A DNA stretch of 64,000 nucleotides, taken from positions 3,992-67,991 of the forward strand of contig DATKNZ010000220.1 of assembly GCA_035541055.1 (NCBI GenBank), written 5' to 3'. The stretch is from Candidatus Acidiferrum sp. Lineage in GTDB: Bacteria > Verrucomicrobiota > Verrucomicrobiia > Limisphaerales > UBA8199. Of the stretch, positions 1-8,177 are shown one piece after another (the stretch's first letter is position 1; each line of letters opens with the position of its first letter). The notes under the pieces are model-generated. The model saw only the letters and a list, made by a program, of their open reading frames with translations, had not been told where the DNA came from and ran no database searches. The position numbers and the translations under genes are program-made.

Positions 1-113
1 TTGCCAGCGTCGGCGGGGCATAGAACCGGAAGACGATTCCGGCAGGTCCCGGCTGAGGTGGAGAGCCGGCGGGTACCTTTCTTGAACACCCGCCGACGCG
101 CTCGGGCAAAAAG

Positions 114-1049
114 ATGGAGGCAAAAACAATGAGCACTATGCAGGACCGAGTTCTGTCTACGCGGATCTACTCCAACCTGGGCGTGGAGCTGTGCGCGAAT
201 ACCGTGGTTGATATTGCGGGCGAGCGGCTGACGCCGGATGACACGAAGGCTTACGCGGAGTTCTTCATCGCCCATGCCTTCCCGGTGGTGACGGCGCACG
301 GGACGTCGCTGCACCCGGGGACGGTGGCCAATTCCTTCCGCTCGATGCGGCACCAGGTGTTCAACCGGGCGCACCTGATGAAAGCCTACGATAAGTCCGG
401 CAAAGGCGAGATACCGCGCGACCATATCCTGGGGAGCATCGTGGCGGTGGAGTTTCCGCAAACGCCGGGCGGCGGCTGGCGAGTGGGGAGCCGGCGCGAT
501 CCCCCGGCGATCCGGGCGGCGGCGGTGATCCACAAGCACGCGGAAGGGGTGCCGAAGATCCTGGGCGAGCACCTGAGCGGGCGGCACAAGTGGACGGTGA
601 GCATGGAAGTGGATTATAACCTCCTGCAATCGGGGTTCGTCGTGGGGCAGCGCGACCAGGCCAAGGACGCTGAGGCGAAGCTGATGAACGCCACGACGCC
701 GGTGGAGTTCAACGAGCTGGGAATGGGGTACGTGCCGATGGAGCAGGCCCCGGAATCTCTGCTGGAGACCTACGACTACAACAAGCTGATGATGAAGCGC
801 AACGCGTCCTGGGAGGGCCTGCCGGTGACGATGCTCAAGGGAGGAATCAACGGGCAGGTGCATTTCCGCGGGGTAGGGCTGGTGCGCTACGGGGCGGAGC
901 GGGAAGCGGTGATCGCGCAGATACTGGCGACGGACCCGGCGCTCATGCCGTCGCTCATGGACGCCGAGGAGGAGCTGGCCGAGCTGCGGAGCTATTTTGA
1001 GAGCGTCGTGAAGGGGGCGGTGGGGAGCGTGGAAGCGTTAGAGCGTTGA
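114..1049 (+). CDS. Hypothetical phage protein (311 aa), upstream of head genes
   Basis: ATG ORF with coding-like composition and no motif I can name. Its last codons run into the AGCGTKRR repeat. Confidence 0.55.
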   Translation: MEAKTMSTMQDRVLSTRIYSNLGVELCANTVVDIAGERLTPDDTKAYAEFFIAHAFPVVTAHGTSLHPGTVANSFRSMRHQVFNRAHLMKAYDKSGKGEIPRDHILGSIVAVEFPQTPGGGWRVGSRRDPPAIRAAAVIHKHAEGVPKILGEHLSGRHKWTVSMEVDYNLLQSGFVVGQRDQAKDAEAKLMNATTPVEFNELGMGYVPMEQAPESLLETYDYNKLMMKRNASWEGLPVTMLKGGINGQVHFRGVGLVRYGAEREAVIAQILATDPALMPSLMDAEEELAELRSYFESVVKGAVGSVEALER

Positions 1050-1212
1050 AGCGTTGGAGTCAGACGAATCAGGTGAATCGGTCGGATCGGACGGATAGCC
1101 AATAGCCAATAGCCGAGAAGGCACCGAGAAGATGGGAACATCCAACAACCAACATCCAACATCCAACATCCAACGGGCATAGCCGATAGCCAATAGCCGA
1201 TAGCCAATAGCC
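1026..1212 (+). repeat. Composite repeat cassette C1
   Basis: AGCGTKRR x4 (1026-1059, spans the stop codon), ~9-nt GAAT/GGAT-ending units (1060-1094), ATAGCCR x3 (1095-1114), AACATCC x5 (1137-1174), ATAGCCR x5 (1179-1212). It ends 11 nt before the ATG at 1224. Confidence 0.95.
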
Positions 1213-1223
1213 AACAAGGCACC

Positions 1224-2249
1224 ATGCAAGATACATTCATCAATCATCCCTCACTGAAGCGGTCGGGGTTCAAGACGTTTCCGGACTACCTGTATGTGGT
1301 CACGGCGATATCGAACCCGGTGCGGTACCGGACGCGGTATGAGTTGTATCGCGCGTTCGAGAAGCGGGTGGCGGACGCGGGGGCGATTCTCTACACAGTG
1401 GAGGCGGCGTTTGGGGACAGGCCGTTCGAGGTGACCGAGGCGGGGAGCCCGCGCCATATCCAGCTTCGCACGCTGGATGAGCTGTGGCACAAGGAGAACC
1501 TGCTGAACATCGGGATTGGGCGGCTGCCCCGCGAGGCGAAGTACATTGCGTGGATTGATGCCGACATCCTGTTCACCCGGCCGGACTGGGCGCAAGAGAC
1601 GCTGCACCAGCTCCAGCATTATCATTTCGTGCAGATGTTCTCGAAGGCGGTGGACCTGGGGCCGAATTACGAGCACCTGAACGAGGCGCTGTCATGGACG
1701 GAGAGCGAGCGGCAGGGGTTGCCGTTCAGGGGGACGAAGGAAACGCTGGTGGACGGATCACAGGTGACGGTGCAGGGGAAGCCCTACGTGCGCGGGGCGT
1801 GGCACTCGGGGCTGGCCTGGGCGGCGACCCGGGAGGCACTGGACGCGGTCGGAGGATTGATTGATGTGGCCATTCTCGGCAGCGCAGACAGGAACATGGC
1901 CGCGGGGCTGTTTGGGCACATGGCCGATACGATTGATCCGACGTTCAGCCCGGCCTACAAGGCGGCGCTGCTGGAATGGGAACAGCGGGCGGAGCGACAT
2001 ATCCGGCGCGACGTGGGCCAGGTCTCGGGGACCGTGCTGCATCATTGGCACGGGAAGAAGGTGAACCGGAAGTACACCGACCGGTGGAAGATCCTGGCGA
2101 AGTACCAGTTCGACCCGAACACCGACCTGAAGCGGGATGCGCAGGGGTTGTGGCAGTTTGAGGATGCCCATGACCTGCGAAGCATTGGGCTGCGGGACGC
2201 GGTGCGGAATTATTTCCGGGAGCGGAACGAGGATTCGATAGAGGTTTAG
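1224..2249 (+). CDS. GT-A-fold-like glycosyltransferase (putative)
   Basis: 341 aa with a DxD-type motif in KYIAWIDADILFTRPDW after a hydrophobic strand. Assignment is by motif and pattern only. Confidence 0.45.
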   Translation: MQDTFINHPSLKRSGFKTFPDYLYVVTAISNPVRYRTRYELYRAFEKRVADAGAILYTVEAAFGDRPFEVTEAGSPRHIQLRTLDELWHKENLLNIGIGRLPREAKYIAWIDADILFTRPDWAQETLHQLQHYHFVQMFSKAVDLGPNYEHLNEALSWTESERQGLPFRGTKETLVDGSQVTVQGKPYVRGAWHSGLAWAATREALDAVGGLIDVAILGSADRNMAAGLFGHMADTIDPTFSPAYKAALLEWEQRAERHIRRDVGQVSGTVLHHWHGKKVNRKYTDRWKILAKYQFDPNTDLKRDAQGLWQFEDAHDLRSIGLRDAVRNYFRERNEDSIEV

Positions 2250-2254
2250 CGGGC

Positions 2255-2270
2255 GTGCAGACGTCTGCAC
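2255..2270. repeat. Palindrome copy P1, perfect GTGCAGACGTCTGCAC
   Basis: Intergenic, 5 nt after the stop of 1224..2249, at the left edge of low-GC island A. Confidence 0.95.
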
Positions 2271-2371
2271 GGGAGTAAATGGGCGTGGGATTTCGCGGGG
2301 TTGATCGACAGGGGACGCAGCGCACAAGGCTCTGGCACTCAACGGATTGCGCGTCGGATTTGCATTCCTGC

Positions 2372-2453
2372 TATACGAACCAATGGTCCGTGCTACCCTT
2401 CCGTTCACGTTAACGTTTAGGGGTTGACAGTTTCGCGGCAGGGCCGATAAACT
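2372..2453 (+). promoter_or_regulatory. Promoter/operator module copy 1 (rightward)
   Basis: 10-bp palindrome ACGTTAACGT (2407-2416), TTGACA (2424-2429), 18-nt spacer, TAAACT (2448-2453). The whole block is duplicated in inverted orientation at 32501-32582. Confidence 0.6.
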
Positions 2454-2460
2454 ACGCGCT

Positions 2461-2538
2461 ATGAAGGTCTTGGCGCGTCCCGCCGGGGTCCGTGATTTAC
2501 GAACCGGTGGACTGTATAATCAGGTTAGCCTGAAATGA
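2461..2538 (+). CDS. Possible 25-aa leader ORF (MKVLARPAGVRDLRTGGLYNQVSLK)
   Basis: Starts ~7 nt after the predicted -10, and its stop overlaps the ATG at 2535 (ATGA). The N-terminal MKVLAR.AGVR...TG.L.NQ is shared with the leader ORF of module copy 2. It could equally be a conserved non-coding leader. Confidence 0.3.
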   Translation: MKVLARPAGVRDLRTGGLYNQVSLK

Positions 2539-2972
2539 GCGGCGCCAAGAAATGGCTTTGGGTCAGGATCGGCATCGTTGCCCTCGGTGCGTTGTCAGGC
2601 ATTGAGATGACATCTGCTGACGCCGTGGCCAAGTCTAATATTGATTGGCTCGCCTGCGCGGTTCTGCTCGGCGCTGTCCCGCTCATGCTCCTGGCCGTGA
2701 TCGGCTTCCAAGCTCGTAATCCAAGTTCTGCTCCCACTTGGAGGCGGCCCTCGTGGTGCATCAATCCCTTCCTCCCAAGCGAGCCTCTTCAGTTCTTCCA
2801 TCTCGCCGCGTTTGCTTTCATGGCGGGTGGTTTCGTCGGCGTCGCCACGCTTCCTTTCCGTGGAGTTTCCGCAGCACCACTGGCCGCCTCGCTGCTGTCC
2901 GTTGGTGCTGGCGCCTGGCTCGGCATTCACTTGAGTATGAAGGTATGTCGGAAGAAAATGGAGGCGGGCTAA
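2535..2972 (+). CDS. Small integral membrane protein (about 4 TM segments)
   Basis: 145 aa with hydrophobic segments (WLWVRIGIVALGAL, ACAVLLGAVPLMLLAVIGF, FFHLAAFAFMAGGFVGVA, LLSVGAGAWLGI). First gene of island A. Confidence 0.6.
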   Translation: MSGAKKWLWVRIGIVALGALSGIEMTSADAVAKSNIDWLACAVLLGAVPLMLLAVIGFQARNPSSAPTWRRPSWCINPFLPSEPLQFFHLAAFAFMAGGFVGVATLPFRGVSAAPLAASLLSVGAGAWLGIHLSMKVCRKKMEAG

Positions 2973-3068
2973 CGAGGCGATGCACCGAATGAGCGGCTAT
3001 CACGTCATTTCCAGATTCGGACGCCCAGGGTGGCCTCTCATCGGTGATCTTGATCGTTGGGCCGCTCT

Positions 3069-3503
3069 ATGAGCAATTCACTGCCGACGGCAAAGAGCCA
3101 AACAGAGCCCGGTGAACGGCAGAAGCTTCGTCGCATGGTTGAGCGGCGCGGTCTGTGCGGGCTGGCGAATAACACCAAATGGGATGAATTTATCGAAACT
3201 GTTCGCTCGCGGGAAGGTTGGCGGCCTAAGTTCCGCTACAAGTGCATCGACGGGCCGCCGTCGCAGTGGGATTCCGAGTGGTGCTATCATCTGCCGTTTC
3301 CACTCATGTCCGTTGAGTGGCTTGATGTGGCATTTCTGCAAGAGACGCGCGAACACCGGCTGCCACCAAAAGTCCGCACGGTCGATCACTCATCTTGGAT
3401 CAAGGAGTCATTACAGCGCGCTGGTTTGGAGCACGAGAGCGGAACCAAGATGATTCGGATATTCGGCTACAGCCCTAAGAATTATGATCTATTCGACGCA
3501 TAA
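3069..3503 (+). CDS. Hypothetical protein (island A cargo)
   Basis: First ATG in the ORF 3057..3503. Trp/Cys-containing globular composition, no named motif. Confidence 0.5.
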   Translation: MSNSLPTAKSQTEPGERQKLRRMVERRGLCGLANNTKWDEFIETVRSREGWRPKFRYKCIDGPPSQWDSEWCYHLPFPLMSVEWLDVAFLQETREHRLPPKVRTVDHSSWIKESLQRAGLEHESGTKMIRIFGYSPKNYDLFDA

Positions 3504-3621
3504 ACCCCGGCCCAACCCGGCTGGTGCAGTGGACGCGCCGATAGCGTCTCTGCTTGTTTTCGCAGGCCTTGGGCGGCGCGCCACTGAGCAGCACCGTTGG
3601 GCGATCGGTAGCAAATTGCGT

Positions 3622-4284
3622 ATGAAGGCAGCGTTACTTTCGACTCTGGCCTGTGGGCTTCTTGCCTTGTCGGGCTGTATCCAGCGTTCGAGCGTGGAAC
3701 AGCGAGTTGTTGAATTGCCCCGCGGCTATCCTAATACCAGCTTCGACACAGCGGCACAGCTCGGTAAAGCCCTTATCGCTAATGGGCTCGGCCCGGCCAT
3801 TCGGAAGCAATTCCCCACACTCACCCAGCAGCAGCTTCAGGGACTTTATCTCACGTGGAATACAGGCGTTTTTCAGGGGAAGCAGAGCGTCTACTTCCTG
3901 ACCGGCATTCGGTATACCGGTAGCCTTCCTGAGGCAAAAGCAGTTGCCGATTTCTGTGAATCGCAGGTCAGGAGGGCTGTGATCACAAAGCTCATCACCC
4001 CGACGGGCGTCCACCAAATGGACTTTACCAACGGTGAGTCGGCCTTGGTCATGGAGTATCAAACGGCTGTTCCCATTGCCCAGATGGCAGACCTTCGGAA
4101 GGAGGTCAACTGGGTTTGGGAGGCCTTCAGCGTTGATGTCGAGAATGCGAAGCTCACGAATGGCATAATCCGCGTTACGCATCCTGAGGGCAGCGGCTTG
4201 CTAACCCCAAGCAAAGGCTACGGATTCGTTTTCACAAAACGTGCCGACGGCACATGGCACTGCCTGCAAGATGAAGAGAAATGA
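3622..4284 (+). CDS. Lipoprotein (putative)
   Basis: Internal start MKAALLSTLACGLLALSGC gives a signal peptide plus lipobox (LSGC). The upstream part of ORF 3484..4284 overlaps the previous gene. Confidence 0.6.
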   Translation: MKAALLSTLACGLLALSGCIQRSSVEQRVVELPRGYPNTSFDTAAQLGKALIANGLGPAIRKQFPTLTQQQLQGLYLTWNTGVFQGKQSVYFLTGIRYTGSLPEAKAVADFCESQVRRAVITKLITPTGVHQMDFTNGESALVMEYQTAVPIAQMADLRKEVNWVWEAFSVDVENAKLTNGIIRVTHPEGSGLLTPSKGYGFVFTKRADGTWHCLQDEEK

Positions 4285-4401
4285 GTCACAGCCCAACCAG
4301 AGCATTGAGCCAACCGGAGGCAGCCGGTCTTCGTCTGCATTCCTGGCTCAGTGGTGGCTGCCTCCGGTGGCTCATGCTCGCCGTTCGGCTGGGGTGCCGT
4401 T

Positions 4402-4800
4402 ATGACCATTCAAGATTTTCCGCTAGCCTGGCGATGGACACAGCCCACCCACTCAATGTTACCGCCCGAGGTGCTCGCTGACATTCACCCATTGACGGCT
4501 TGCGAGGCGGCGGAAATCCCCACAGTTCCTGCCGATAACGCGTCCGTGGTCTCCCGCTCCGCTTCTGATTTCGTGGACGTGCGCCGCTGGCTACGCAGCG
4601 TGCAGCCGGATTCTCAGGTCCGCGTTTACGTCAGTTGGAGCAGGGACTTGGCTGTTGAGACGGCCTGGCACATTTTTACGGAGTATTGGGATGATTTCTG
4701 TTATCCTTCCTCCGACGACGTCATGGTTGTGCCGGCCGGCGGCACTTGGCAGTTGATCTATCACCACTATGAGCAGTTCGATTTTGTCAGGGGCTCATAA
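4402..4800 (+). CDS. Hypothetical protein (island A cargo)
   Basis: ATG at 4402 (MTIQDFPLAWRW...). C-terminal FTEYWDDFCYPSSDDVMVV pattern, function unknown. Confidence 0.5.
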   Translation: MTIQDFPLAWRWTQPTHSMLPPEVLADIHPLTACEAAEIPTVPADNASVVSRSASDFVDVRRWLRSVQPDSQVRVYVSWSRDLAVETAWHIFTEYWDDFCYPSSDDVMVVPAGGTWQLIYHHYEQFDFVRGS

Positions 4801-5353
4801 GCCGAATCAATACGCTCCAGGCGACGCCAGAGCGCATCCAGTGAACCAAGCCTCCATTCAAGAGACGCTCACGCCACTTGTTGGACTTCCGCTGCGTTGC
4901 ATCGGCCGTGCAGCAGACCTCCTATGGGTCCACTTCGGGGAGATGCGAGAACTGCCAGACCGCAGAGGCGGCACTCGGACGGTTGGCGAGTGGGCATTGC
5001 ACATCCAGTGTCCGTGGCGCCTTACTCGGCCACCTGCGATACTTGTTGCGCGCGGTGATTGCTATTGCGAGGCCGCCAGCGATGAGCCTTACGATTGGGA
5101 CGCAGCAGGCGAAAGCCGTTTCGACCTCCGTGCCGCGCCTCTCAACCGCGAGTTTGAGAATTGCCCTCCGCGGGTTGAGGCAGTTGTCGTTGATGCAGTC
5201 GGTGGTTTTTCTCTGCGCCTTGCAGGCGGCTACGTCTTCGAGGTATTTCCCGACGACAGCACTGGCAGCGACAGCGAACATTGGCGCCTCTTTCAGCCTG
5301 GCAGGGACGAGAGGCATTTTGTTTTTCCCGAGCATGAGACACAAGCAGGCTAA
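4769..5353 (+). CDS. Hypothetical protein (island A cargo)
   Basis: ATG ORF overlapping the previous stop by 32 nt. IGRAADLLWVHFG...WALHIQCPWRL pattern typical of small beta-rich orphan proteins. Start uncertain. Confidence 0.45.
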   Translation: MSSSILSGAHKPNQYAPGDARAHPVNQASIQETLTPLVGLPLRCIGRAADLLWVHFGEMRELPDRRGGTRTVGEWALHIQCPWRLTRPPAILVARGDCYCEAASDEPYDWDAAGESRFDLRAAPLNREFENCPPRVEAVVVDAVGGFSLRLAGGYVFEVFPDDSTGSDSEHWRLFQPGRDERHFVFPEHETQAG

Positions 5354-5401
5354 CCAGATCACTGGAGCGGGCGGACCACGTTTGTTGGTGATTCGGGAGC
5401 C

Positions 5402-5866
5402 TTGGGCCGCCCGCATCGTTCAGTTCCGGCGTTCGCCGAAGTTGTGATCACCGATACACGCATCGTCCTGCGGACACCTGATCAATTCCTTGAACTCTCA
5501 AATGTCGAGAGATTCGAGGACGGTTCAGGCTACGCATGCCTGCTTAGTGCCGGCAGCATCAGCTCGGGCCGCTTTGTATGCTCAGCACATCCGTTCCATT
5601 TCAATGACCTGGAAGGATTCATCAACAGCCTGCAAGCCGCTTCTGAAGGTGTGCGAGGCAAGGCTCGTCTTGCACATGCTTACGAGAAGGACTTCATCGA
5701 GGTCGAGGTTCGTTCGTGTGGGGATGTAATGATCACGGGCTTTATTAGCGAGTTTGGCCCGCCACGCCTGGAACTACGGTTCGGGTTTGGCTGCGATCAG
5801 ACATATTTGCCCGAGTTATTGAACTCCTTGCGCGGGGTTCTGACGGAACTGGAGAGAAGACCATGA
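5402..5866 (+). CDS. Hypothetical protein (island A cargo)
   Basis: ORF opens with a TTG in the track and has no nearby ATG, so the start is uncertain. Confidence 0.4.
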   Translation: MGRPHRSVPAFAEVVITDTRIVLRTPDQFLELSNVERFEDGSGYACLLSAGSISSGRFVCSAHPFHFNDLEGFINSLQAASEGVRGKARLAHAYEKDFIEVEVRSCGDVMITGFISEFGPPRLELRFGFGCDQTYLPELLNSLRGVLTELERRP

Positions 5867-5875
5867 AAGGCAAGA

Positions 5876-6430
5876 ATGGCGAACATTCCGCCGCAGCGAA
5901 CAGGGGCGGCCATCGCTCACCTTCCCGTTATGAGCCGTAAGGGCCGATCAATTTTGGTTCTCGTCTGCGCGGCCGTCGTCTGCGTGGTGCTGGCGTGGTG
6001 GTTGGCCGTTCGGCACCTGGAAGACCTAAACGCTGCTCAGCACCTCGCCATGGAAGGGCATCCAACAGTGGAGCAGATGCTCCATTTGCTGCAATATTCC
6101 GACACAATAGTTCTAAATAATACGCTGACCCAATTTGAGCGTTCACGGAATCCAGCCGGAAAGGAACGCGCGGCAGAGTTACTTCGTCACCCTGATCGTT
6201 ATGTTTCATACAGCGCATGCCTTTACCTGGGCGCAATTGGCGATGAGCGGAGCATCCCTTATTTGATAAAAGGACTAGACCACCCGGCGTGGCGGTCCCG
6301 ACCGCGAGTGGTGAAGTACTTGAAGAGCTTAACGGGCCAAGATTTCGGTGAGGATAAGGAGGCGTGGATTCGGTGGTGGAACAGCCAGAATCCTGGGTCC
6401 GGATTTGATTTTGCTAACAAGCAGGCATAA
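5876..6430 (+). CDS. Membrane-anchored HEAT/PBS-lyase-like repeat protein
   Basis: N-terminal TM (ILVLVCAAVVCVVLAWWLAV). HEAT-like segments (SACLYLGAIGDERSIPYLIKGLDHPAWRSRPRVVKYL). Confidence 0.5.
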   Translation: MANIPPQRTGAAIAHLPVMSRKGRSILVLVCAAVVCVVLAWWLAVRHLEDLNAAQHLAMEGHPTVEQMLHLLQYSDTIVLNNTLTQFERSRNPAGKERAAELLRHPDRYVSYSACLYLGAIGDERSIPYLIKGLDHPAWRSRPRVVKYLKSLTGQDFGEDKEAWIRWWNSQNPGSGFDFANKQA

Positions 6431-6464
6431 CCGGATCACGACAGGAGGGAACAAAGAGGGGGGA

Positions 6465-6680
6465 AACATCCAACATCCAACATCCAAGGATGAAGACCAG
6501 TTCATTACAGAAGGAAACGAAGGGAACGAAGCGCGGGGCCGACGCGGATGGCGTGCAGACGTCTGCACGAGGCGTCGGAAGGGGGGGAGCGTGGAGCGTG
6601 GAGCGTGAAGAGGCGCAATAGCCAATCGCCGATAGCCGATAGCCAATAGCCGATAGCCGAGGGACGAGGGACGAGGGGGG
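6465..6680 (+). repeat. Composite repeat cassette C2 (contains palindrome P2 at 6553-6568)
   Basis: AACATCC x3 (6465-6487), GGATGAAGACCAGTTC (6488-6503), ACAGAAGGAAACGAAGGGAACGAAG (6507-6531), perfect GTGCAGACGTCTGCAC (6553-6568), GAGCGTG x3 (6587-6607), ATAGCCR/ATCGCCR x6 (6618-6658), GAGGGAC x3 (6659-6680). Confidence 0.95.
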
Positions 6681-6777
6681 AAAAGATTTTTCATTTTGTT
6701 GTTGCGAAGGGGGGCGAAAGATGAGTGATGAAGGGTAATCGCCTCAAAGGAGAGCAGCCGGACCTCATGAACTATCT

Positions 6778-7542
6778 ATGCAAATCAAGTCCGCTGCCGA
6801 CCTGCGAGCCTTCATCAAAGGCTTCTACGATCAGCATGTCACCGCGCTGAACGGCATCCTGGAGAAACTGCCCGAGCCGCTCAAAGGCGAACTCTCGAAA
6901 CTCCGCGACGGCCTCAACACCGCACTGGAGAAATTGCCCCCGCTGGACCAGGCGCCCGCCTCGCAAGATGCGTCCTGGGCGTTCAACTCGTTCGCCGAGG
7001 CGTGGAGCCGGATGGCCGAATACTCGGACGGGCTGCGCCAGCGGCTGGCCAGCATTGCCGGCGAGTTGCAGACGAAGGCGCTGGCGCTGAACAGCCTGGA
7101 GCAGAAGATCACCGCCGGTGAGTATATCTCGAAGGAGAAGGCCGCCGAGGCCGCGAACCTCGCCCGGACGGAAGGCGCGAACAGCATGCTGCCGGAGATC
7201 CTCGCGACGCGCAAAAGCGCGCTGGAACTGGCGGGCCTGCCGGTGCCTCCGGACAATATCCTCCACCTTCCGGGTAAGGACTACGAGACGCGCGTGACGG
7301 CCGCCAAGGATCAGGTGGGCAGGCTCAACGCCAAGGGCCTCAAGCTGGGCGGGAAGGGCAGCGCCTGGGTGACCTCGATGGCGTGGCTCGGGGCGACGGA
7401 GTTCAACGGCCAGATGACGGCCCTGGAGGAAGTGCTGGGCACAACCACGACCGCGCCCGCCAAAACGGGCGACCCGTTGCTGGGGACCGCGCCCACCGAC
7501 AACAACAACAAACCCGCGCAGCCGGCCCTCACGCTGGTGTAG
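6778..7542 (+). CDS. Scaffolding-like protein (putative)
   Basis: 254 aa, helical Ala/Leu/Glu/Lys-rich, low-complexity Thr/Pro/Asn tail. Sits two genes upstream of the capsid candidate. Confidence 0.4.
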   Translation: MQIKSAADLRAFIKGFYDQHVTALNGILEKLPEPLKGELSKLRDGLNTALEKLPPLDQAPASQDASWAFNSFAEAWSRMAEYSDGLRQRLASIAGELQTKALALNSLEQKITAGEYISKEKAAEAANLARTEGANSMLPEILATRKSALELAGLPVPPDNILHLPGKDYETRVTAAKDQVGRLNAKGLKLGGKGSAWVTSMAWLGATEFNGQMTALEEVLGTTTTAPAKTGDPLLGTAPTDNNNKPAQPALTLV

Positions 7543-7611
7543 CGCACAACCCCCACAACAACCAGACGACAACCGTAACCAGTCAATTGTCAAGAGCACA
7601 ACTCACACACT

Positions 7612-8127
7612 ATGAATCCCACAAGTCCATTTGAAGTCACGCGGCGCGACGCCTCGATCAATGCGTCGGCCAATTTCACGCCCGCGCCCGGGTTCGATCC
7701 GGTGCCGCGCGGGTTCGCCCTGGGGGCGCACGCGACCGATTCGACGGCGTTCGACGTGGCCCAGCACAACACGTTCATCGGCCACCTGACGCGCATGATG
7801 CGGGTGGGCGGCATGACGGTCACGGACAGGTTCTTCGGCATGACCAGCGAGACGCCGATCGGCGTGGAATCGCCGTTCATCTCCGGGCAGGAGTGCACGA
7901 TCCAGAAGGCCAAAGAGATTGAGGCGGAAGGTTCCGCTTACCTTGTGACCAGCGGGGTGCGGGCGATCCAGCCGAATACGGCGGTGGGCACGAACCTGTC
8001 GTTCTGCAACGGGTACCTCGGCCTGACGCAGCCGGGCGAGACGCCCAACTACGTGCTGACGGCGATCCTGCCGGCCTCGTTCACGCCGGGGGCGCTGCGT
8101 ATCCGCGCTGAACGTTACGCAGGCTAG
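7612..8127 (+). CDS. Hypothetical virion protein (171 aa)
   Basis: ATG ORF between the scaffold-like and capsid-like genes, preceded by a C/A-rich G-poor leader. Confidence 0.5.
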   Translation: MNPTSPFEVTRRDASINASANFTPAPGFDPVPRGFALGAHATDSTAFDVAQHNTFIGHLTRMMRVGGMTVTDRFFGMTSETPIGVESPFISGQECTIQKAKEIEAEGSAYLVTSGVRAIQPNTAVGTNLSFCNGYLGLTQPGETPNYVLTAILPASFTPGALRIRAERYAG

Positions 8128-8177
8128 GCAAAAACGCATCAACCCATAACCCAATTGAGACTCATAAGACGAATACT

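Noticed and set aside
1-113. Left attachment site: a second copy of the tRNA-Leu 3' or 5' segment somewhere in the window
   Set aside because: I could not find one by eye. The head genes at the left edge indicate the prophage continues beyond coordinate 1, so the other att site is presumably outside the window.
992-1247. ORFs encoded by the repeat cassettes themselves (LLAIGYWLSA..., NIQHPTSNIQHPTS, TEGNEGNEG types; for example 992..1243, 1038..1247, 6329..6694, 10327..10563, 10340..10618, 13053..13343, 13617..13895)
   Set aside because: They exist only because the complementary strand of the heptamer arrays lacks stop codons. They have no independent coding signal, and they change frame-register with every array.
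1758-2408. Shared peptide NG.V.RTIGSY in ORFs 1758..2408 (-) and 32492..33022 (+) as evidence for a duplicated small gene
   Set aside because: The similarity is DNA-level conservation of the promoter/operator module (block A). Both ORFs are otherwise antisense or low-complexity, and one runs antisense through the Imm gene.
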